Source: the human T2T-CHM13v2.0 reference genome, Homo sapiens
Assembly: GCF_009914755.1 (NCBI RefSeq)
Contig: NC_060935.1
Direction: 5' to 3' (one strand)
DNA: 64,000 nt
Below are positions 54,728 to 64,000 of this stretch, piece after piece (the first letter of the stretch is position 1; each line of letters begins with the position of its first letter). The notes under the pieces were generated by a model. It was not told the DNA's origin. It saw nothing but the letters and a program-made list of their open reading frames with translations, and searched no databases. A program made the position numbers and the translations under genes.

Positions 54728-55812
54728 GTTGAAGAAATATAATTAAAAACAAAATATTCTCTCAACCCAGAAATTATCCACAAAGACAGTAGAGAAAGAG
54801 AACACTTTTATTATTGAAAAAGCATTACACCATAATATGATGCACATCACAGGAAATCCATTAAGAGATTGCAAAGACAGAAAGGAATCTCTACCCCTTA
54901 TATAATCAAGTAACCCATTACATACATTTTTCAAGATGAACAATAACTAGTTGTCAAGTAAGAGGACTGACAGCACCTTTTGTCACACAGTTCATCCTAA
55001 CTTTACCTTGTAATTGGGGTGACCATCTGTGTTAGCATATTGGCTATATCGAGAGAGACAAACAAACAATCAAAACCATATACCTTTATGATAGAACATA
55101 GCTTTAGCTTTGCAAATTGGAGCAAGGTGCCCACAAAAGTTAGATTATTATCCTTCCACAGAAACTGGGAGATAGGAGCACTGTCTTCCTTTATGTTAAC
55201 ATTTATATTAGTCTGTTCTCATGCTGTTATGGAGAAATACCTGATGCTGGGTAATTTATAAAAAAAGGAGGTTTAATTGGCTCACAGTTCTGCATTGCTG
55301 AGGAGGCCTCAGGAAAGATACAATCATGGTGGAAGGCAAAGGAGAAGCAGGCACCTTCTTCACAGGGCAGCAGGATGGAGTGAGTGCAAGCAGGGGAAAT
55401 GCCAGATGCTATAAAACCATCAGATCTCCTGAGACTCACTCATTATCATGAGAACAGCATGGCGGAAAACCACCCCCATGAGCCAATTACCTCCACCTGG
55501 TCCCGCCCTTGATAGGTGGGGATTATGGTGATTACAATTCAAGGTGAAATTTGGGTGGGGACACAGAGCCAAACCATATCAGCGTTTCAAAAAGATGGCT
55601 TCCAAGCTCTGAAAGGTATTCCTGAGTCATAAAGTTGACAAAAGACCTATCTAGTTTTCAAAATAATTTCTGTACATTTCGAAGAGAGGAGAATGTACTT
55701 ACAATGATAAGGTTTCTAAAGTAAATGCTCTAATAAAAATGAGGATGAAGAAGTCCCTTTCTTTATCTCAATGGGGGAATTAAGTCTCTTATTTTTAATT
55801 TTTATTTATTCA
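54728..55812 (-). mobile_element. MER67C-like ERV1 LTR split by THE1
   Basis: TGTTGAAGAAATATAATT...GGTTTCTAAAGTAAATGCTCTAA...TTAAGTCTCTTATTTTTAATTTTTATTT. Confidence 0.7.
55204..55581 (-). mobile_element. THE1C/D MaLR solo LTR
   Basis: TATTAGTCTGTTCTCATGCTG...GGTTTAATTGGCTCACAGTTC...GGGGACACAGAGCCAAACCATATCA; degenerate 5-bp TSD ACATT/GCGTT. Confidence 0.93.
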
Positions 55813-57305
55813 AAAGTACCCCAACAAATTCACCTGAATTGCCCCCTCCAAAATGAAGTAGCTTAAGATGACATTTTAAAAATAATTCTCTTTAACAATG
55901 ACAGTTGCTGGCATTTGTGTAGTGATTCTATGAACCAGTTTTAGGGAATTAAGAAACTTCCTAAATGCAGATTTTAGGGCCTTTGGTCATAGAAACCAAT
56001 TAAAAAGACCTGGGATTCAGTTCAAATAGTTTCCTTCTTATCAAATTCTTTCAAGGCCATTTTGAGTCTTGTTATCCCTTGCCACTCCTTAAGAAATACC
56101 ACCTATGACTACACAACCTCAGTGAAATAATAACCTCACCTAATTGCTTTTGAAATTTGCCTAATGGCTTTTGGGTCACCCTTAGGCTACTTGTTTATCC
56201 CAAACAATTAATAATTTCTAATTATGCCTGTAGTCACCTTTTTTATTTTGGCAAATGAAGTATTCCCTCTTCCATAACTGAGTGATTATCATGGCGTCAG
56301 TAATTCAGAGCATCCCCATACTGGACTCATATAAATTGCACCACAATGATGTAGCTTAAATATATTTTGAATAAGACATTAATTTTTTAAATATCTCATC
56401 ACCATTATATTTAATTTATAAGCCAAAAAGAAGACTAAAACTAATGAAAATTGACAGTTAAATTTGAAATATATCTGTGACCTACTGCTATGTTCAATAC
56501 ATAAGCAAGTCCCAGACTTTTTTTAGTAATCAATCTTTCAGTTAATTTCCTCTTTATAGCACTACACTAGACCCCTAAGGCATGGCTAACTATCTTCAAC
56601 TTAAGCGCTTCAGGCAATAAGTAGCAAAATCACTAACACAATTATGATGATTAAAGTGTTCATTTAAAAATGGTGACACCTACTTATAAGCAGCATAAGT
56701 GACAATAACTTTTTTAGTTATTTAAATTGTACAGCTGTAGCTTTAGAATTAACATAACCTGCATTGAGTAATTTGTTAAAATATTTTAGTAAGATAATAA
56801 GCTAAATTAACATAAATATTTAAGGTAAAGAGAATGCTTTAAGTCATTCTCTCAGAATAAAAGTAATTATATTTCCTTTAGAAACATGTTTTATTCACGT
56901 TAATGTATTATTAATTCTTGGAGAAAGGCTTTCAATTATTCACTTTTTGTTTTTATTTGTTGTGATGATTTTTTACAGAACTTAGTGGAATAGAGAAATG
57001 TTTCTGCAAAGCATGTCTGGTCTATAGAAAAATAACAATTAGTATTGATTTTTATTGGGACGAACACCTGTAGTTTAAGGAAAACATGATATAATTCCTG
57101 TAGGTTATAATTCTATTTGGTTAGCTTAGCTCTTTCTTCAGTTTTCTATTCCTAGTGCCAATCCCCTGCAGCCATTGTCCCCCCAGAATAATACAGAATA
57201 GGAAACATACTGTTCTACCTGATCCATACCTATCTCCTTCAAGCTCTTCAAACATTTTAACCAGGTAGTACATTGCTGCTTCCTTCCCCCACAAAAAGGC
57301 CCATA

Positions 57306-57468
57306 GCCAGATGCATTGGTGCATACCTGTAGCCCCAACCACTCCAGAGGGTGGCAGGAGGATTACTTGAGGCCAGAAGTAGTGCACTATGACCACATGT
57401 GTGAATAGCAACTGTACTCCACCCTGTGCAACATAGCAGGAACTTGTCAAAAAAAAAAAAAAAAAAAA
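57306..57468 (+). mobile_element. FAM (fossil Alu monomer) with A20 tail
   Basis: GTAGTGCACTATGA...TGTGAATAGCAACTGTACTCCA, the 7SL-derived segment typical of FAM. Confidence 0.8.
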
Positions 57469-57499
57469 GCCAACGCTTGACCTTTCTAGCCCCTTCTCC

Positions 57500-58040
57500 A
57501 CTACTTTCTATCTGTCCTCATCTAGACAGTTCAATTCAATTCTCTGTTAACTAAATACCATTTTCTTTTCCTGCCACCTTGTCTTTGGTTGTGATTTTGT
57601 TGGTGTTTCTTCCTGGAAGGTTCTCACACATTCTTCATCTAGCTTCCTCTCTTGCTAAACAATACTAATACCTATATTTCAACACCTAGGCAAATACTAC
57701 CTATTCCCAAATACCTTTGCCTCCATAGCCAGAAGTAATCATCTCTAAACTACTATTGCCGTGAGTTTATATCACCTTCTCACACATCCATGAAAAATAT
57801 AATTGCTAAATGCCTATTATGTACTAGGAAACATTTAGGTACTAGGGACCACTGATGAACAAGGTCAGATTGCAACCTCATGGAAACATAAAGTCTCTGC
57901 TAGTAGTATTCATAGACTAATTTTATTAGAGTTATATGTGTTTTTCTCCCCTCCAAGTGCATTAACTTTCTGAAAGTGGGAATAGTGTCCTTTTCATCTT
58001 TGTATCCTTACCGTGCTTAGGACAGCATCTGGAAAGTAGT
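57500..58040. mobile_element. L2 fragments (plus strand, with a minus-strand piece at ~57785-57900)
   Basis: TGTCCTTTTCATCTTTGTATCC..GTGCTTAGGACAG; TGCTAAATGCCTATTATGTACTAGG. Confidence 0.55.
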
Positions 58041-58873
58041 AGATGGATGAATGATAAATTGATCTCACTGTGTGGAGAAAACATGCTCCATTTTATTTGA
58101 GTAACTTTGGAAGCACGGGTGCCCCCTGATTTACTGGCTTATACTTTCCCAGCTATATGGTTACTTCTCTATCTTTAGCCTGAACTCAGCCTCTATTATT
58201 AGCAGTTATTGTAAAATAACTTGGAGATTTTAAAGAGTGCAAGTGGGACTTCAGAATGTTAAGGGGAAGCTTGCAATTCACTAGTTAAGAGGAGCAGCCA
58301 AAATAAGTTATCTGAAATACAAATGTGAACACTCCATTTCCATATTGACAACTATTTATAGAAAATATTTTTTAGGATAAAACCTAAGCCAATTAACATA
58401 CCTTACCAGGACCTGCATAAAATAGACTATGTAAGGTTGTTCAATTTCATTTCCCCCATTCCATTTGCCTGGCTAACTCCTGCTTGGCTTTAGTAGTTCT
58501 CTTTCCTGCCACAAAACACACTGAAGTTTTATTTTTTGGGAACCACCTTTCCCCTATTCTCAGCCTTGTGGTCTGTGAAATTACACTTGACTGGCTGAAG
58601 TTAACTCCTGGTACCTAGTCTCCTGTATTCATTAACAGACACTCCTTATTTCCTTCTACATTCCCCAGCTATAGGCAATATTAATGTGTTTTCTATCTCC
58701 ATAAATTGTCTATTCTATACATTTTATATTAATGGAATCACACAACAGCGATTTTTGTGATAACATTCTTTCACTTGGTATAATGTTTTTAAGGTTGATC
58801 CATGTCATAGTGTGTGTCAGTACTTTATTCCTTCATACGGCTGAATAAAACACCATTGTATGGATAGATCATA

Positions 58874-58943
58874 TTTTATTTATCCGTGGATATTTGAATT
58901 ATGAATTCTTTTATTTATCCGTGGATATTTGAATTATGAATTC
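58874..58943 (+). repeat. Perfect 35-bp tandem duplication
   Basis: TTTTATTTATCCGTGGATATTTGAATTATGAATTC x2. Confidence 0.97.
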
Positions 58944-59329
58944 TACAATGAATAACCATGTACAAGTATTTATGCAGACATATGGTTTTGGTTATCTTGG
59001 ATATGTACCTAGAAATGGAATTGCTGGTTATATGGTAAATCTGTTTAACTATTTAAGGCACTACCAAACTGTTTTCCAAAGTGGTTACAGCATTTTACAT
59101 TCCACAAACAATGTGTGAGGATTCCAATATCTTCACTGACTTCTTGACAACAAGCTGCTATTATCCATCTTTTTCATAATAGTCATCCTAGTGGGTATAA
59201 ACTGGTATCTAATTATGGTTTTGATTGGCATTTCTCTAATGACTAATGATGTTGAGCATCTTTTCTCCTGGTTATTAGCCATTTGTATAACTTTTTGGAG
59301 AAGCATCTATTCAAATATTTTGCTCATGT

Positions 59330-59870
59330 TTTTTAAAATAAGATAATTTTTAGAGCAGTTTTAGGTTTGCTTCAAAATTGGGTGGAAGGTACAGAGATAT
59401 TTTACTTACTCCCTGACCCTACACACACATGGCTTCCCCCACTTTCAATATCCTCCACTTTGTGGTACATTTATTGCAACTTGAACCTACATCGACACAT
59501 CATTATCCCCAGAGTCTATAGTTTACAGTAGGGTTCACACTTGGGGTTGTACATTCTATGGGTTTGGACAAATATATAATGATATGTATTCACCATTACA
59601 ATATACAGGGTAATTTCAATAACCTAAAAGTTCTCTGTGGTCTGCCTATTTATCCCTCTTTACTCTACATCCTCGTCATCATTGATTGTTTTACTGTCGC
59701 CATAGTTTTGACTTTTCAAGAGATTTATATAGTTGGAATTATATAGTATATAGCCTTTTCAGATTGGTTTCTTTCACATAGTAAGTTATGTTTACTTAAT
59801 TTTCCTCTATGTCTTTTCATGGCTCCATAGTTCATTTCTTTTTCACATTGAATAATGTTCCATTGTCTTC
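59330..59870 (-). mobile_element. L1MC1-like 3' end
   Basis: TTTTAGAGCAGTTTTAGGTTT...GTTGTACATTCTATGGGTTTGGACAAAT. Confidence 0.85.
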
Positions 59871-61264
59871 TCCCCTGACTTTTTTACTTTTCTCATTTCA
59901 TTTACTTTTCTCTTTTCAATCTGGATGCCTTCTATTTCACTTTCTTGCCTAATTGTCCGGGCTGGAACCCCTAGTACAATGTTAAATAAAATAGGCAGAA
60001 GGACAGACAACCTTGTCTTATTCCTGTTCTTAGGTTCTCAGTTTGAAAGCATTTAGTTTTTCACTATTAAGTGTGATATTAGCTGTGAGTTTCTCTTAGA
60101 TACCCTCTTTCAAGTTGAGGAAGTAGACTCTGTTTCTAGTTTTCTTAGTTTTTTTTTTTTTTTTTAATCATGAGTAGGCATTGGATTTAGTCAAGTGCTT
60201 TTTCTGTATCTATTGAATAATCATGTGGTTTTACTATTTACTCTATTAACATGGTGGACTACATTAGTTAATTTTCCATTTTAAACCAATTCTTGTGATA
60301 AATCTCATTTGATTGTGGTCTGTAATCCTTTTTATGTGTTGGCTAGATTTGTTTGTTAGCATTTTTTAAAGAATTTTTGTGTCTATATTCATAATAGGTT
60401 ATTGGTGTATAGTTTTATTTTCTTGTGATGCGTTTGACTTCAGGGTAATACTACCCTCATCAAATGAGTTAGGAAATGTTCCTTTGTTTTCTGTGTTTTG
60501 GACGAGGTTATGAGGATTAGTATTAATGTTTTCTTAACTAATATAATTTACCAATTAAGTAAGCTAGCATTAGGCTTTCCTTAGTGGGAAGTTTCACAAT
60601 TACAAATTCCATCTCATCAGTTATTACTGCTCTGTTCAGATTTCCTTGAGTTAGTTTTAGTAGTTTGTGTCTTTTCTGAAACTTGTGTATTTCATCTAAA
60701 TTATCTAATTTGTTGACATATAGTTGGTCATAGTATTCCTTTTTAATTATTTTAATTTTCATAATGACTGCAGTGTTCCTTCTTTCAGTGCTAGTATTTT
60801 GAATTGCCTCTCCTTTTTTCTTTGTCAGTCTAGCTAAAGGATTGTAAATTTTGTTGACCAAGGAACCAAATTTTGATTTCATTAATTTTCTCCATAACCT
60901 TTTAATTGTCTATTTTATTAATTACCACTCAATATTTATTATTTCCTTCTTCTGCTTATGTTACATTTTTCTCTCTTTTTAACAATTTCTTAAGATGGAA
61001 GTTAGCTTTCATATATGACATATTATTTTTTAAGTTTAGGCGTTTGCAGATTTACATTTTTCACTAAGGACTATTTTAGCTGTACTCTATAAGTTTTGGT
61101 ATGTTGGAGTTTTTATTTTTGTTTATCTAAAGGTATTTTCCTATTTCTCTAATTTGATTTCTTTGATCCATTTATTATTTGAGTGTTTTAAAATTTCCAC
61201 ATATATATACAATTTATTTTTGTCATTGATTTCTCATTTTATTCTATTGTGATCACAGAACATA

Positions 61265-62972
61265 TTATTTTTTCAACTTTTAGATCCAAGGGGTACATGT
61301 GTGGGTTTGTTACTTGGGTATATTGCATGATGCTGAGGTTTGGAGTATGAATGATCCCCACATCGATGTACTGAGCATAGTACCCAATAGTTTGGTAAGC
61401 CTTGCCGACTCCTCTAGTAGGCTCTAGTATCTATTGTTGCCATCTTTATGTCCACAAGTACCTGAGTTTAGCTTCAACTTGTAAGTGAGAACATGCAGTA
61501 TCTAGTTTTCTGTTCCTGCATTAATTCGCTTAAGATAGTGGCTTCCAGCTGCATCGGTGTTGCTGCAAAGGACATGATTTTGTTAATTTTTATGGCTGCA
61601 TGGTATGCCATGGTGTTTACGTTCTACATGTTCATTATTGAATCCACCCTTGATGGCACCTAGGTTGATTCCTCATCTTTGCTATTGTGAATAGTCCTAT
61701 GATAAACATACAAATGCATGTGTCTTTTTGGCAGACTGGTTTGTTTTCTTTTGGATATATAACCAGTAATGAGAAGGCTGAGTCAAACGGCTGTTCTAAG
61801 TTCTTTGAGAAATTTCCAAATTGCTTTCCACAGTGGCTGAATTAATTTACATTCCTACCAACAGTGTACAAATGTTCCCTTTTTTCTGTAGCCTTGCCAG
61901 AATCTGTTGTTTTGACTTTAATAATAGCCATTCTGACTGTTATGCAATAATATCTCATTATGGCTTTAATTGGCATTTCTCTGATGATTAGGGATAATAA
62001 GTGTTCTTTCATGTTTGTTGGTCATTTGTATGTCTTCTTTTGAGATGTGTCCGTTCATGTCTTTTGATCATTTTTTAAAGCGGTTATGTGTTTTTTTTTC
62101 TTATTGAATTTTTTAAGTTCCTTATAAATTCTGGATATTAGATCTTTTTTAGATGCATAGTTTGTGAATATTTTCTCCCATTCTGTAGGTTGTCTGTTTA
62201 CTTTATTGATAGTTTTTTTTTTTTTTTTTCCTGTGCAGAAGCTCTTTAGTTTAACTAAGTCCCACTTGTCAATTGTTTATTGTTGTTGCAATTGTATTTG
62301 AGGACTTGGTCATAAATTCTTTTCCAAGGTCCATGTCCTGAATGGTGTTTCCTAGGTTTTCTTCTAGAATTCTTATAGTTTGAAATCTTATATTTAAATC
62401 TTTAATCCATCTTGAGTTAATTTTTGTATGTGGTGAAAGGTAGGGGCCCAGTTTTGTTCTTCTACATGTGACTACTGAGCTATCCCAGCACCATTTATTG
62501 AATAAGGAATGCTTTCTCCATTGCTTATTTTTGTCAACTTTATTGAAGTCTAGGTGGCTGTAGGTATATGGCTTTATTTTCAGGCTTTCTGTTTTGTTCC
62601 ACTGATCTATATGTCTGTTTTTACACGAGTACCATGCTGTTTTGGTTACTGTAGCCTTATAGCATAAAATTGGATAATGTGAGTCTTCTAGCTTTGTTAT
62701 TTTTGCTTAGAATTATTTTGGCTGTTCAGGTTCTTTTTTGGCTCCATAAAAATTTTAGAATAGTTTTTTTTTCAATTCTGTGAAAAATGCCATTGGTAGA
62801 TTGATAGGAATAGTGTTGAATCTGTAGATTGCTTTGGGCAGTATGACCAATTTAATGACACTGATTCTTCCAATTGATAAGCATGGAGTGTTTGTCCATG
62901 TGTTTGTGTCTTCTGTGGTTTATTTTAGCAGTGTTTTGTAGTTCTGCTTGTAGAGATCTTTTACCCTTTTGG
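61265..62972 (-). mobile_element. L1PA15/16-like, 5'-truncated (~1.7 kb)
   Basis: TTTAGATCCAAGGGGTACATGTG...; TSD CACAGAACATATT (61254) / CAGAGAACATACT (62973). Confidence 0.9.
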
Positions 62973-63884
62973 CAGAGAACATACTTTGTATGATGTCAAT
63001 ACTTTTAAATTTATTAAGATTTATTTTATAGGGTGACAATAATCTATGTGTTTTATATGCACTTGAGAAGCATGTGTATTTGCTGTTGTTAGGTGAAGTG
63101 TTTTGTAGCTATCTACCAGGTCTAGTTGGTTTATAGTATTATGCCAATCTTGTATTGTCTTCTTGACTGTCTTTTTAGTTGTTCTATCTATTACCGAAAA
63201 TGGGGTAGTGAAGCTCCAGCTATAATGGTTGAATTAAATGTTTCTCTCTTAAATTCTGTCAGTTTTTGGGTTATGTGTTTTGATCTCTGTTGTTAGGTGA
63301 GTATAGGTTTATACTTACCATATCTTCTTAATGGTTTGGTCATTTTGTCATTATACAACATCTCTTCTTATCGCTGGTAACTTTTTTTATTGTTTTTTTC
63401 TTTTACAGTCTATTTTGTCTGGCACTATTATAGCCATTCTGGCTTTCTTATGCTTGTTTGCATGGTTTATTTTTTTTCCTTCCATTTTAATTTCAATCTA
63501 AAATATATTTAAAATCTAAATTATTTCTGGATTTTAAAGTATGTGTCCTATAGGCAGCATATAATTAAATGTTGTTTTTTAGCTTACCTGACAATCTATC
63601 CCTTTTCATTAATTTATCCACATTAGATTATTATTGATATATGTGAATTTATGCCTACTATTTTACCTTTTGTTTTCTATAAGTTTTATGTCTTTATTCA
63701 TTCTTCACTTAATTGTTAAATTAAGTGAATATTTTCTAGTGTAACATTTTAATTTCTTTAATAATTTTCACTTTTTTGGTTATTTTTTTAGCCATTGCTC
63801 TAGGACTTGCTGTATACAATTTGATTTACCAGAATCTGCTTCATATTTGCACTCAATTAATTCTGGCAAGATATAGAAATGTTA

Positions 63885-64000
63885 TTTGGGAGGCCGAGGT
63901 GGGCAGATCACGAGGTCAGAAGTTTGAGAGCAGCCTGGCCAACATGGTGAAACCCTGTCTCTACTAAAAATACAAAAAAAAAAAAAAAATTAGCCAAGCG
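63885..64000 (+). mobile_element. AluS left arm, 5'-truncated, cut by window edge
   Basis: Starts at TTTGGGAGGCCGAGGTGGGCAGATCACGAGGTCAG. Confidence 0.95.

Larger units (their letters stand above)
58625..63880 (-). mobile_element. L1MB-like relic (3'UTR and ORF2) with nested L1MC1 and L1PA15/16
   Basis: Antisense L1 throughout; ORF 60538-60882 retains EYYDQLYVNKLDNLDEIHKF (ORF2p). Confidence 0.85.

Overview
AT-rich, repeat-dense human genomic DNA. The species call rests on an L1 carrying the human-specific pre-Ta ACG diagnostic. No intact protein-coding gene, RNA gene or CpG island is visible. The ORF track is explained by repeats, and the only long ORF is a truncated L1 ORF2 C-terminus. Most of the window is nested L1, L2, L3, MIR, Alu, ERVL/MaLR/ERV1 LTR and hAT-Charlie relics, plus a 5'-truncated NPM1 processed pseudogene (30276-30801, -). 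Highlights: (1) a young pre-Ta L1HS insertion (23667-25655) whose L1 body is inverted by twin priming and whose non-inverted half is ~560 bp of apparent 3'-transduced foreign DNA with its own AATAAA, poly(A) and 11-bp TSD, at a target site already used by an Alu inside an older twin-primed L1; (2) a 445-bp inverted duplication with 444/445 identity (45215-45659 / 46370-46814); (3) several other locally templated insertions or rearrangements of different ages. I found no evidence of a new gene system; the novelty is structural-variant and retrotransposition history. Repeat subfamily names come from recalled consensus sequences, and boundaries of old repeats are approximate.
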